From a virus (lineage: Duplodnaviria > Caudoviricetes): DNA of 64,000 bases. Position numbers and translations under genes: made by a program. Positions 26,322 through 36,722 of this stretch are shown here, in pieces (the first letter of the stretch is position 1; the number at the start of each line of letters is the position of its first letter). A model generated the notes under the pieces. That model was not told the DNA's origin and searched no databases. It saw only the letters and a program-made list of their open reading frames with translations. The DNA lies in the IMG/VR virus record IMGVR_UViG_3300032038_000003, positions 1 through 64,000 of that record, one strand, 5' to 3'.

Positions 26322-26744
26322 ATGGCAGAAGTTACATGGACAATTCATGGAATATACGATACAGAAGAAACATTCAATGAACAGGAACATAAAGATCATC
26401 CATACATGGGTAATTTTCATACCCATGGACTGAATGAATACAATAATCAAAGAGAACTGTGTATCGTAATGGCTTTACCTGGAAAACAGGCAGCTAGATT
26501 GCTTAATCATATGGGCTTAAAAGTAGCAAATAATGAAACTGTATTCACCGAAGGTATCAGAACAGACATACTAAGCAATAATATGGACGTACAGTTATTA
26601 TCTTTTGATGATGATCCAGTTCTATATGTGATTTTACCAGATGCTAATGGAAAGTTACCAATGGATGATGATTGCGAGGATCCTTTTAAGTATCAGTACG
26701 AGTATGCAAAACTGATATCCGACAATGCTAAATCACGGAGGTAG
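26322..26744 (+). CDS. Hypothetical protein (possibly DUF4262-like)
   Basis: FHTHGL..EL motif. Confidence 0.6.
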   Translation: MAEVTWTIHGIYDTEETFNEQEHKDHPYMGNFHTHGLNEYNNQRELCIVMALPGKQAARLLNHMGLKVANNETVFTEGIRTDILSNNMDVQLLSFDDDPVLYVILPDANGKLPMDDDCEDPFKYQYEYAKLISDNAKSRR

Positions 26745-27692
26745 TTTATGAATTTAATGTTGTTTATTCTATGTATCGGAGCATATTGCGTAGCCAGAAG
26801 ATTAAAGGAGGATTATCATGTTTCACCCATTGATCGAAGAAGAATATTTGACTTTTCTTGATGAGATGAAGGTTAGCATTACAAAAGAATTATATTTAAG
26901 TTTTATATATCAGGTAGCAGAAAGCAAATACAAATATTTAAATTTTCAAGTACCAGAAGATTTTCAAGTACCAGAAGATTTTATTGAAAGCGTTATCTAT
27001 TGTTTAGATTTCTTATATAAAAGAGAAGCATTCGTTGTTGGAACATATTCTTTTGTAATTCCACATAAATCATATAAGACGATAGGAGGCGAACTTAATA
27101 TTAGCCTAGAACGAGTTAGACAGATATATTTCAAGGGCATTAGAAAAATACGTAGAAGCGAAACATGTATGTTCGTTTTAATAAATGGTCTTAGTAAATA
27201 TAACGCACTAATAGATACAAAAATAAAAGATGCAAATGATCATAAAAATTTGCTAGACATATTAAAAGATATTAGTATCGAAACACTATTTGGTTATGAC
27301 ATTCCACATAAAGATGATACTAAAATAGTTACTAGAAGTTATAACGCATGTAAAAGAGCTGGTATGAATAATGTATACGATTTATTATATTATTCATCAT
27401 CTCATATAAGAAATATTGGTTTACAATCAATAATTTATATGTCTCATAAAGTAGATGAATTAATGCAAAATAATATCGGTATGTCGTTAAACGAATTTGA
27501 GACATTGATGAAACCTACTTTTAATCAGAATAATTCATTTATTTATGTGCTGTTAAAACAAGAATATTATGATTATCGTTCCACATTGAGAAATTGAGAA
27601 AAAGGGAGGTAGCTTATGAATTTAATGTTATTTATTCTATGCATATATGCGTATAGCGTATATAGAGACATAGAAGGAAAGGAATAATCATG
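26737..27692 (+). repeat. Diverged ~85-bp direct repeats (26737-26820 and 27605-27692) flanking one gene
   Basis: GGAGGTAG(T/C)TTATGAATTTAATGTT(G/A)TTTATTCTATG...ATCATG. Confidence 0.8.
26818..27597 (+). CDS. Sigma-70 region-4 HTH plus RNAP alpha-CTD-like domain protein
   Basis: SYKTIGGELNISLERVRQI..KGIRKIR; TRSYNACKRAGMNNVYDL..IRNIG. Confidence 0.7.
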   Translation: MFHPLIEEEYLTFLDEMKVSITKELYLSFIYQVAESKYKYLNFQVPEDFQVPEDFIESVIYCLDFLYKREAFVVGTYSFVIPHKSYKTIGGELNISLERVRQIYFKGIRKIRRSETCMFVLINGLSKYNALIDTKIKDANDHKNLLDILKDISIETLFGYDIPHKDDTKIVTRSYNACKRAGMNNVYDLLYYSSSHIRNIGLQSIIYMSHKVDELMQNNIGMSLNEFETLMKPTFNQNNSFIYVLLKQEYYDYRSTLRN

Positions 27693-28061
27693 TCAGATAG
27701 AAGAAAATATGATTTACCAATCTTTATCGAGACTCTTGATAAGCCAGATTCATGGAACCAAGATTATACCGTTGATAAGGTAAGAGATATTGAAAAAGTA
27801 AAAGAGTGGTATCAGAATCTTGGCATTGAAATTATCGATGTAAGACATATCGACCCAGCCATTGGACCAGAACGTGACGAGATCGAAGCTTATTATCCAG
27901 AAGGCTGGGAAGAAGTTAGTGACGGTAGTAGCCCTTGGGTTGACGTTCTTAACGCAGAGAAACAAGTTATGTTCTCTATGTTTGTTAAGAAAGCACCATG
28001 GGATTATTGTTTTTTTGCAAGACCAAGAAAAGGTCTTGAGTATCTTAAAGGAGGTTTTTAA
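27690..28061 (+). CDS. Hypothetical protein
   Basis: ORF with SD. Confidence 0.7.
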   Translation: MSDRRKYDLPIFIETLDKPDSWNQDYTVDKVRDIEKVKEWYQNLGIEIIDVRHIDPAIGPERDEIEAYYPEGWEEVSDGSSPWVDVLNAEKQVMFSMFVKKAPWDYCFFARPRKGLEYLKGGF

Positions 28062-28062
28062 A

Positions 28063-28509
28063 ATGGTTAAGATTACCCAACCATGGGAGAAACTTGTTAT
28101 ATATGTAGAAAAGCATCCGAAAAGAGGAGATGTTCTTTTACATAGTGACATAGAACGAATTACAGGAGTAACATACGGTACTACAAGGTACGGTTATGTT
28201 GTTTCTAAGGCAAAGAAAGAACTTACAAAGAAACAGCTTCGTTTTAAGTCAGTTAATGGTGTTGGTTATCGTATTATGGAACACCGTGAATATGATGATG
28301 ATGCAGCTTCACAAGTAATACAGGCAGCTAACCATCTCTCAAATGCTAAATTTATTTCTGATTGTACTGATGTTTCTAAGTTAAATAAGAAACAAACATC
28401 TAATCATAATAAGCTTGCAAATGAAATTGGTCAGGCAAATATAATGCTGCAAAGTAGTGTTACTCTTGCTAATAGTATTCGTGTACTGAATAAAGGAATT
28501 AAACCATGA
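28063..28509 (+). CDS. Hypothetical protein (possible wHTH)
   Basis: AAGGAGG SD before ATG 28063. Confidence 0.7.
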   Translation: MVKITQPWEKLVIYVEKHPKRGDVLLHSDIERITGVTYGTTRYGYVVSKAKKELTKKQLRFKSVNGVGYRIMEHREYDDDAASQVIQAANHLSNAKFISDCTDVSKLNKKQTSNHNKLANEIGQANIMLQSSVTLANSIRVLNKGIKP

Positions 28510-29225
28510 TAGATACGATAGATACGTCATCTTCTTCAAAAAGATTAACAGAACAAGAATTATATAAGATGAAAATGCTACATAAGAAAGGTGCATCAAA
28601 AAGTAAAATTTCAAAAGAAATAGGTTGTTGCGAAAAAACAGTATCATATTGGATAGAACATAATTTTCAAAGACGTATACAAAATGATTATAATCTCGAA
28701 AATAAAGTAGATATAATACAACAAATGTTAAATGAAGGATATACGCAAGAATATATAGCTATTCAATGTAATTGTCCAAAAACAACAATGTTTAAATTTA
28801 TACATTCACACGGTTTTAAAAAGGTAACGTTAAAAGATAAAGTTAATACTTTATATGAAAATAATTATTCAAATAAAGATATTGCTAAGCAATTAGGTAT
28901 ACATGCATCAGTCGTAGCAAAGTATAAAAAACAAATCAAACAAGAAAATACTTTAAAATATGCTTCTCGTTTAGAAGACGAGAACAAAAATCTTATAGAG
29001 AAAGTTTCTTTACTTGAAGAAGAAAATGAAAGACTTAAAAGAGAACTCGAAGCAACATATCAAATTGATAACTACGATAATTCTGATATACCAGCACTAA
29101 GAAGACGCATATATGATTTAGAGGAAACATTTGATGCCATCAAGCAACATTTTAATATTGGTTTAGCACAAATGTCATCAGTCAGATATACGGAGTATGA
29201 AAAACAAGAAAATGAGGATGTATAA
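28506..29225 (+). CDS. Multi-HTH DNA-binding protein with coiled-coil C-terminus
   Basis: Three HTH-like segments (SKSKISKEIGC, TQEYIAIQCNC, SNKDIAKQLGI). Confidence 0.7.
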   Translation: MIDTIDTSSSSKRLTEQELYKMKMLHKKGASKSKISKEIGCCEKTVSYWIEHNFQRRIQNDYNLENKVDIIQQMLNEGYTQEYIAIQCNCPKTTMFKFIHSHGFKKVTLKDKVNTLYENNYSNKDIAKQLGIHASVVAKYKKQIKQENTLKYASRLEDENKNLIEKVSLLEEENERLKRELEATYQIDNYDNSDIPALRRRIYDLEETFDAIKQHFNIGLAQMSSVRYTEYEKQENEDV

Positions 29226-29226
29226 A

Positions 29227-29463
29227 ATGAGAGTAAGAAAATAACCAGATTTACCAAATGGAACAATCGAACCAAAAAGATTATTAAATATCAATGAGGC
29301 AATGGTGTACCTTGGTATTGGTCGTGCTGGTGCGATAAAATATTTGGAAGAAATCGGAGCAAAAGTTAAGATTGGTCGTAGAACCTTATATGATAAATGG
29401 GTTATAGATGATGTTATTTCATCTCAACATAACCAATCTGATACAGAAAAGGAAAATCTATAA
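29227..29463 (+). pseudogene. Excisionase-like HTH gene interrupted by in-frame TAA at codon 6
   Basis: MRVRK*PDLPNGTIEPKRLLNINEAMVYLGIGR..KIGRRTLYD. Confidence 0.65.
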
Positions 29464-29928
29464 ACCCATCAGTTTTGTATTAAGTTACAGGAAGGCGGAG
29501 ACCGCCATTCGTCCGAGAAGTGCCTTGCGTTGACTGATCAGATTTAAAAATAACACAGAAAATTAATGTAGAGATTTGGACCGTTTTTCGAATCGTAACG
29601 TTAAACGAGGGAGGAAATCATACAATTGGGATAATTGTATGTAATGATGTCATATCTTTAAAATTCCTATCTTATAGTATAAGTACAATTTATTATAAGA
29701 TAGGGAGATGTGATTGTTTTAAAAAGGCTATGAATTTTTCATAGCCTTTTTTAATTTAGAGGTAAACTATGAAAACTATAGAAGTAAAGTTTCTAATGGA
29801 AGTAGAAGATAATGCAGTAGAAGAAGTGAAGAAGAGTGTAGATCATCACATAGAAAGATTGATTGACCTTGAAAGTTGGCCCGAAATTAAAAGTGTTTAT
29901 CACGCCACAACAAAGGAGGTCGAAATGA

Positions 29929-30519
29929 ATGAAGTACGCAATGAGTGATGTTGGTACATACACTCTGAAGAAACAAGAAGAATTGGCGGATACTTATAAA
30001 TACAAACAATTACCGTATCAGCTTGCATTAAATTGTATGAGACATTATGTAACGTCTTTACCAGAAGGTTTTTGTTTAAAAGATAACGCTTTAAAAGTAG
30101 CAGAGAATCCAGAAATTAATAAATGTATCAGCAAGCCTGGATATGAAGTTATCAAAGAATATAAATTACCTATTGTTACAAGAGACGGAACAATGATCGC
30201 ATACAAATATAATCGTATCGTTATTGGACATTATGGTGCATTTATCGAGATAGAAAAGGATGATATATATGACAAGAACGTTAAATGTGAACCAGGACAA
30301 GAATATCGTATACGAGACAGGAGATACAGAGATAAAGTTAAATATCAATGGTATACTGCTAAAGATCACAGTCACTGCAAACTATATAAACAAAAGAGAC
30401 AAGTTGCATATGCAGATTATCAAGAAGATATGTGGTATATTTCGCCATTCGAAGTCTTGGATCAGAACGAGTTAACCCAATTATTTTTATCAGAAGGAGA
30501 TGAAGAAGAAAATGAGTAA
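29929..30519 (+). CDS. Hypothetical protein
   Basis: ORF with SD. Confidence 0.75.
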   Translation: MKYAMSDVGTYTLKKQEELADTYKYKQLPYQLALNCMRHYVTSLPEGFCLKDNALKVAENPEINKCISKPGYEVIKEYKLPIVTRDGTMIAYKYNRIVIGHYGAFIEIEKDDIYDKNVKCEPGQEYRIRDRRYRDKVKYQWYTAKDHSHCKLYKQKRQVAYADYQEDMWYISPFEVLDQNELTQLFLSEGDEEENE

Positions 30520-31366
30520 AGTTTCAGACAATGTATCAGAGCAGTTAGAAATAGCTGCACAAGAAGCATTAGAAAAAATGGACCCTTTTCAACAGCTTAT
30601 GAATGCTGGTGTTGAATATGAAAAAGAACAGCAAGAAGAACAGCCAGACAAACCAAAACGTAAACGAAGAACAAAGGCTGAAATGCAAGCTGCACGAGAA
30701 GAAGAGTCTAAAGAAAAAGAAGATGATTCATTGTTAAAGTGTAGTACGCCAAGTCATATTGTCGCCATCGTTGATTGGGATCAAGATAAAGACGATGATA
30801 CTGTATTACCAAGACGAGTTGAGATTCCAGATAGTATTTTAACAGGCGATTATGATATTGAAACCGTTAGTGATTGGTTATCTAATACAGTCGGTTATTG
30901 TCATAAAAGCTTTAGTCTGGCATGGCCTGAATATCATGAAGATCATGATCAATTTTGTGAGTGGGAGATAGAGAAGGCACATCTTGAAGGAAAGGCAGAA
31001 CCAGACTTCGATTATAGAAGATTTTATCAGCAAGGAGATAAAGTATATCTTGTACGTTATTATCCTATTATGAAAACTAAAGAAATGATCTATATAAAAC
31101 TGCGTACCATTTATGCAAGAGAAATGGTAGGTGTTGTTGGAAAACAGTACTGTCAGTGTGTAGGTCTTTCTGATAAGGATAATATTTTCTATGGTCGTCA
31201 AGAAGCTCTTGATTGCTTTAATTCTATCAAGGCTAAAGTTGCAGACGAATACAACGAAGAAACTGGAAAGAAGAAACGTAAGCGTAAGAAAGCAGTAGAA
31301 GAAGACGAGGATATTACAGACTCTGAATCTTATGATGATGAATCGGAGGATGAAGACGATGAGTAA
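30500..31366 (+). CDS. Hypothetical acidic protein with basic KRKRRTKAEM patches
   Basis: Translation. Confidence 0.75.
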   Translation: MKKKMSKVSDNVSEQLEIAAQEALEKMDPFQQLMNAGVEYEKEQQEEQPDKPKRKRRTKAEMQAAREEESKEKEDDSLLKCSTPSHIVAIVDWDQDKDDDTVLPRRVEIPDSILTGDYDIETVSDWLSNTVGYCHKSFSLAWPEYHEDHDQFCEWEIEKAHLEGKAEPDFDYRRFYQQGDKVYLVRYYPIMKTKEMIYIKLRTIYAREMVGVVGKQYCQCVGLSDKDNIFYGRQEALDCFNSIKAKVADEYNEETGKKKRKRKKAVEEDEDITDSESYDDESEDEDDE

Positions 31367-31787
31367 GCCGAAGTATAAACAAGGCAAAATGATAAAGTCA
31401 ATAGCTGATTTTGCCAAGAGTGATAGTAAATGGTTTAAGGTACGCTTTGGTAATAAGCCAAAAACTGTACATAGATCATTTTTGATCTCTTGGCAATACA
31501 GAACTTTAGAATTGTTTATCAATAGAGGTTCTGTATATGAAGCAGAAGAAATCGAATATCCAAAGCCTTGTCCGTGTTGTAACAGAAGACCGATACGTAA
31601 ACAATTGCATTTTAAATTAGAGCCAGGAGAGGACAGATATAAATGTGAACATCACGAAGATGGAAGTCTTAAATGGACTTATCTTATCTGTCCTAAGTGT
31701 GGTACTAGAACAGATGCATATTGTTACGAGTATCAGTCAACGCAATTATGGAACAAAGATGAAACTACAAAAGAAACAATACAATAG
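31359..31787 (+). CDS. Zn-finger protein (Lar-like C-terminus possible)
   Basis: PKPCPCC...CPKCG..WN. Confidence 0.6.
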   Translation: MSKPKYKQGKMIKSIADFAKSDSKWFKVRFGNKPKTVHRSFLISWQYRTLELFINRGSVYEAEEIEYPKPCPCCNRRPIRKQLHFKLEPGEDRYKCEHHEDGSLKWTYLICPKCGTRTDAYCYEYQSTQLWNKDETTKETIQ

Positions 31788-31807
31788 TATTAAGTTAAGG
31801 AGGAAAT

Positions 31808-32092
31808 ATGACAAATTCAGAAGTATTTAAACAATATAACACGGAAGAATGGGTTATAGAACAAAATCTCTGCTTTCTTTTACAAACCTACTGGGAAGAG
31901 TATGGCAAAAAGGCAATTGAACAGGCCAAAAATGGATATGTGACCAGTGATATGCCTTATAATCCCGTAAGTTTCGTTAAAGAATTTATGAAAGATGAAA
32001 CTCTCTGTGATGTAAAATATGCAGAACAATCAAAAATATCCACTATCAAAAATGATGTAGTAATAGATGCTGATTTTATAGAATTGACTTAG
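31808..32092 (+). CDS. Hypothetical protein
   Basis: ORF with SD. Confidence 0.7.
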   Translation: MTNSEVFKQYNTEEWVIEQNLCFLLQTYWEEYGKKAIEQAKNGYVTSDMPYNPVSFVKEFMKDETLCDVKYAEQSKISTIKNDVVIDADFIELT

Positions 32093-32114
32093 TCTAATAA
32101 CATTAGGAGGCAAT

Positions 32115-32555
32115 ATGAGTATACGAATAAGTAAAAAGCATGGAGTAAATCCAACCATTCCAGTTTGTTTTTGGTGCGGTAAAGAAAAGAACGAAATTGC
32201 CTTACTGGGTAAATTAAAAGGTGATATCGAAGCACCAAAGAACTGTGTATTGGATTATGAACCATGTGATGAATGCAAGAAGAATTGGTCATTAGGAGTA
32301 GCATTGTTAGGCACGAGCAAGAAACCATTAAACGAAACATTGCCACCTATTAAGGATACTCAAGAAGAGACTTTATATCCTACTGGTCAATGGCTCGTTG
32401 TAACCAAAGAAGCAGCAAAAAGATACTTTGGTGAGGTAGCCACAGAAGAGGAAATTGAAAAGGCAGACCGTATTCTTGTTGAACAGGAGTTTATTGATTA
32501 TCTTAATGCCGAGTTTCTTAAAATGGCAGAAGATAACATAGAAAGCGAGGAATAA
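32115..32555 (+). CDS. Hypothetical Zn-binding phage protein
   Basis: KHGVNP..CFWCG..PCDEC. Confidence 0.75.
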   Translation: MSIRISKKHGVNPTIPVCFWCGKEKNEIALLGKLKGDIEAPKNCVLDYEPCDECKKNWSLGVALLGTSKKPLNETLPPIKDTQEETLYPTGQWLVVTKEAAKRYFGEVATEEEIEKADRILVEQEFIDYLNAEFLKMAEDNIESEE

Positions 32556-32780
32556 CATGGATAGTGAAGCAATTGGCAATATTATTATGGAATATTGCGA
32601 GAAGCATAATATCGATCTGGAATCAACAGATATTGGCGAAGCAGTCTATCAGAATGAGAATGCATATGAAGATGCGGTAGAATACTTCGTTAAAATATTA
32701 CATGAATGTCAACCGTAAACAGGACGGTCATTAGAGACCTGGCATCGAAATGTCATTATTTTTATAGCCATATTAGGTCT

Positions 32781-32792
32781 CTACTAACGTAG
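32781..32792 (+). promoter_or_regulatory. Hairpin promoter candidate 12
   Basis: CTAC-TAAC-GTAG, AGAA at +12..15, upstream of ORF 32824. Confidence 0.6.
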
Positions 32793-32823
32793 CAATCATA
32801 GAAAAACGTAAAGGAGGCTTAAT

Positions 32824-33243
32824 ATGGCTCATAATTTTTATGCTGTAAAGCGAGGTTTTGATAAAAAACAGAATAAAGAGATAACGGACCTCATATCAAA
32901 TGATTGGTATGAGGTTGCTCCTTTGGTAAAAGGATACAACGATGCCCGTTATAAAGGCTTCGACACAAAAGAAGAAGCAGAAACATGGCTCTCTGTTGTT
33001 GATAAAACAGATGCAGAAAAGAGAGCAAAGAGCACTATTGATCAAGCAAAGAAAGATATCGGTATCGAATCTGGATTACCATGGGAAGAGGCTCATGAAG
33101 ACGTTCATGCTGTTGCAGATGAATATGCAGATGCGTTGACAAAACTTCTTAAAGAGTATAAGAAAGCTAAATGGGATCTGGATGCAACTATTGGTCATCT
33201 TACTCGTGTATTGATCAATGAAGCTGAACAAGTTTATAAATAG
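32824..33243 (+). CDS. RNase H1 N-terminal (viroplasmin-like) hybrid-binding domain protein
   Basis: FYAVKRG..W..VKGY..ARYKGFDTKEEAETWL. Confidence 0.8.
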   Translation: MAHNFYAVKRGFDKKQNKEITDLISNDWYEVAPLVKGYNDARYKGFDTKEEAETWLSVVDKTDAEKRAKSTIDQAKKDIGIESGLPWEEAHEDVHAVADEYADALTKLLKEYKKAKWDLDATIGHLTRVLINEAEQVYK

Positions 33244-33401
33244 GAGGTATGGATATGAATATTTTAACACTTATCTTAGTAGCATTTTTGTTCTATTACC
33301 TTGGATGGAAACGTTCTATCCAGGCACATAACTTATAAAATTGAATATTGTTGCTTGTAGCTTAGTAACCAAGAGGAAAGGAGGAAAAGCGTAGAAATGA
33401 G

Positions 33402-33644
33402 GTGAATATTATGATGGAAGGAAAGACTAATCTAAGTATGATTTTTAATGTGAACGGTACTGAGGTACTTGGTAGCATTAAATACAATGACAGAGATACA
33501 TTTGCAGAAATTGTTTATAAGGATAACAACCAGGAAGAAAAGGTTGCTCAAAAGCTATATAACGGTAGCCTAGATAACAAAGAGCAAATGATTTCAGAAA
33601 TAGAAAGTTTGATAGAGGAGCTGCATATTGATATTGATGAATAA
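33402..33644 (+). CDS. Hypothetical protein
   Basis: ORF. Confidence 0.65.
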   Translation: MNIMMEGKTNLSMIFNVNGTEVLGSIKYNDRDTFAEIVYKDNNQEEKVAQKLYNGSLDNKEQMISEIESLIEELHIDIDE

Positions 33645-33666
33645 GGTATGATATCGGGTAGCCGTT

Positions 33667-34092
33667 TTGTGGCTACCCGATACTTATTTTGGTGGAGAGG
33701 TATACAATATGAATCAAGATTGGCACAACTTTAAAGATAAGAAACCATCTTTTGTTACCATTGAAGAAGAAATTAAATTTTCAAATCAATTATTCTTTTT
33801 TATTGATGGAAAACTTTATATGGGATATTACACATCCTCGTTGTATTATGATGCCGATGAAGATAAGGACGAGTGGGATGAAAGTATAGAGCTTGCAAAG
33901 TATTCTTTGACAAGGTTATCTGATCAGTATATCGAGCAAGAAACTATTTACTCAAATGATTTTGAAAAACATGAGATTTACTGGCGTTCTATCGATCTTC
34001 TTGGTATTATATGTAGTGTAGATTTACAGAAAATGCAAAGAGAGGATGGTAAAAATGGTAGTATTAAGATTGGAAAACAAATTGACGGATAA
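33667..34092 (+). CDS. Hypothetical protein
   Basis: ORF; true start probably downstream ATG. Confidence 0.65.
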   Translation: MWLPDTYFGGEVYNMNQDWHNFKDKKPSFVTIEEEIKFSNQLFFFIDGKLYMGYYTSSLYYDADEDKDEWDESIELAKYSLTRLSDQYIEQETIYSNDFEKHEIYWRSIDLLGIICSVDLQKMQREDGKNGSIKIGKQIDG

Positions 34093-34690
34093 AGAAGTCA
34101 AAAAGTTTAAGATTCCTAATACACTTGAACTATCAAATTTTGGTGGCGTACAATACGCTATGTGTCTTGGTGCTATATATAGAGATAACAACAAGAACTA
34201 TCAGTATCTCCCAGAGTATTCTATGGGATACATCAATAGTGATATTACACCAACAAAGCTTATTAGTTTTTGTGAACTTCACAAGGATCTTATTATTAAA
34301 GACAAAACATATGTGAATGGTCATTTTGCTAATATCTATTACATTAAATATATTCGAGATGAAAAGCCTATGTTGGTTAACGAATATGTTAATTTTAATC
34401 GAAATTTTGTCGATTTAGAACTAACATTTAATGAAAATGGATATTACAGCGTCAACGAACTTCACATTGATTTGTCACCTAACACTTCTATTATTAGAGC
34501 GATAGAATCGTTGTTTTCTAACGAAAACATTGAGGCTATTCCTTTTATCTCTACCGACAATAATAATTATTATATTTCTTACTATGATGATTACGGTAGA
34601 GAGAAGAAATATCGCTATCAGAATATTATACAGATATTTGACCGCATTGTTAATGTACGGTTAATAGGCTGTAAAGAAGTGGAGAGTTGA
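34046..34690 (+). CDS. Hypothetical protein
   Basis: ORF. Confidence 0.7.
   Translation: MVKMVVLRLENKLTDKEVKKFKIPNTLELSNFGGVQYAMCLGAIYRDNNKNYQYLPEYSMGYINSDITPTKLISFCELHKDLIIKDKTYVNGHFANIYYIKYIRDEKPMLVNEYVNFNRNFVDLELTFNENGYYSVNELHIDLSPNTSIIRAIESLFSNENIEAIPFISTDNNNYYISYYDDYGREKKYRYQNIIQIFDRIVNVRLIGCKEVES
34512..34529 (+). promoter_or_regulatory. Hairpin promoter candidate 13 (intragenic)
   Basis: TGTTTTC-TAAC-GAAAACA, G at +12. Confidence 0.55.
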
Positions 34691-34879
34691 ATGAAAAGAG
34701 AACAGATACTAAAGGCAATTGCTGATCTTGCAAGAAGCCAGGGTTTTTATGGCAGACTTTTAATGAATCTTACTAATTTACAAAGTAATGATCCAGAAAA
34801 ATACGAGAAAGCAATGTCTGAATTAGAAGCAAAGAACTTCAAAGATGAACTGGAATTGATACTGTATCTCGAAACATAG
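34691..34879 (+). CDS. Small hypothetical protein
   Basis: ORF with SD. Confidence 0.7.
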   Translation: MKREQILKAIADLARSQGFYGRLLMNLTNLQSNDPEKYEKAMSELEAKNFKDELELILYLET

Positions 34880-34891
34880 GAGGAAATATTT

Positions 34892-36676
34892 ATGCTAATC
34901 GTATCTCAATTACCAAGTGGTCATTTGAGTATTAAATGTGATTATTATTATCGTGATAGGATACATAGTGTTCCTACCGCATATTTTAATCCCAGTTTAA
35001 AACAATGGATGATAGAACCTTATATGCTTGGATATCTTGAGAACGAATTTAAAGGCGAACTTGTTTATAAAACGCCACGTTGGGTGATTTTAAACGAGCC
35101 TATGCCAGATATGTCCGAGATGTACAAGATATCTGATACAAGTATTAAATGTCCAGCATTAAAGCTCAAACCATTTGATTATCAAGATTATGGTGTACGC
35201 TTTATGATCGATAAGATTTTGCAGAACAATATGGTTCTAAACTCAGATGACGTTGGATTAGGAAAAACGATACAGACCATTGGTACTTTAAAATGGTTTA
35301 TTGATAATAAAGGATTTACCAAGATTCTTATTATCTGTAAGAAATCAATCAAAAGACAGTGGAAAGAAGAAATTGAAAAGTTTACAGACTTACAGAAAGA
35401 TTTTACATTACTTTATACTGGAGAAACAGCCGCTAAGCGTAAAAAGGCATATAAAGATTTTCAGAACGCCAATAAGGGCGTACTTATTACTAATTATCAT
35501 AGTTTTTTAAATGATACAGAGATAATTAAAATGCTTAATTACGATATGGTTGTTATCGATGAAGTACATTCTGTAAAAGCAAGAACTGGTAAATTGAATA
35601 ATAATATAGCATCTGCTGTACAAGGAAAACCAGTTATCTTTTTGACTGGTACTCCTGTTATGTCAAAACCAGAAGATATATTTGGTATTATTCAGATTGC
35701 CAATCCAGATTATTTTGGTCCGTGGAAAGAATTTTCTAAAGAGTATCTCGTTGGTACAATGACCAATTTTGGTTATAAGGTAGTAGGTGCAAAACACCTG
35801 GACGAACTACGAGACAAAGTACAGAACATCCTAATTCGTAGAACACGCTATGAAGTGTCTATTGATCTTCCAGAAACAAATATCGTAAAGATATCTTGTG
35901 ATATGGATGCTGTACAGTATAAGTTACTAAAGATGATATCCGAAGAAACTCTTGAATTAAATGATCAAATGAATCGTTTAAAAGGACCAGATGGAAAGAT
36001 TAAGAATCAACAATTATATGATGCACTTGAAGGGCGTTCTAAAGGTCTTATTGCTGCAAGACAGGCAGCAAGTACAGATCCACGTATGTTCTGGTACTCT
36101 AACTCTAAAATGATGAAAGAGAAATATGGAGCAGAAGTACCAAAGACATATAAGATGTCAAGCAAGGCAGAATCTATTGTGGATACAGTCGAAGATATTA
36201 TTCAGAGTGGTAATAAAGTAATTTTATTTTCAAAATTTGTTACTTCGGCAAAGTTAGTAGCACAAGATATTTATGACAAGTTAAAGATTCCTGTATTGAT
36301 GTACACTGGTTTAGAAAACCAGGATACAAGAGATAACAATGTTAATCTCTTTAAAGAATCTGTAGACCATAATATTCTCATTGGTACTGATGCTATGGCT
36401 GAAGGGTTAAATCTTCAAGTAGCTAATTATGTTATTAATATAGACCAGCCAGATACAAATGCTATCAAAGAACAGCGTATCGGTCGTGTACGTAGAGCTG
36501 GATCTAAATTTAATAATGTTACAGTATACGATATGATTACTGCCAACGGAATGAATATGAAATCGAAAGATGAAGAGCGTCTTGAGAATATCGAAAAGAA
36601 TAAAGATTTATCAGATGCTTTGATTTCTATTGATGAAGCACAGAGACAAGCTTTAATTACAGCAATGAAGAGGTAA
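34892..36676 (+). CDS. SNF2-family SF2 helicase/ATPase
   Basis: DDVGLGKT, DEVH, LTGTP, EGLNLQ, QRIGRVRRAG. Confidence 0.95.
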   Translation: MLIVSQLPSGHLSIKCDYYYRDRIHSVPTAYFNPSLKQWMIEPYMLGYLENEFKGELVYKTPRWVILNEPMPDMSEMYKISDTSIKCPALKLKPFDYQDYGVRFMIDKILQNNMVLNSDDVGLGKTIQTIGTLKWFIDNKGFTKILIICKKSIKRQWKEEIEKFTDLQKDFTLLYTGETAAKRKKAYKDFQNANKGVLITNYHSFLNDTEIIKMLNYDMVVIDEVHSVKARTGKLNNNIASAVQGKPVIFLTGTPVMSKPEDIFGIIQIANPDYFGPWKEFSKEYLVGTMTNFGYKVVGAKHLDELRDKVQNILIRRTRYEVSIDLPETNIVKISCDMDAVQYKLLKMISEETLELNDQMNRLKGPDGKIKNQQLYDALEGRSKGLIAARQAASTDPRMFWYSNSKMMKEKYGAEVPKTYKMSSKAESIVDTVEDIIQSGNKVILFSKFVTSAKLVAQDIYDKLKIPVLMYTGLENQDTRDNNVNLFKESVDHNILIGTDAMAEGLNLQVANYVINIDQPDTNAIKEQRIGRVRRAGSKFNNVTVYDMITANGMNMKSKDEERLENIEKNKDLSDALISIDEAQRQALITAMKR

Positions 36677-36722
36677 TCTTTGACACTGATATATATAATT
36701 TGACTGGAAGGGAGAATGACTA

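Noticed and set aside
29242-29244. Genome-wide stop-codon reassignment
   Set aside because: All large conserved genes are intact under code 11 and end in TAA, TAG or TGA; no suppressor tRNA seen.
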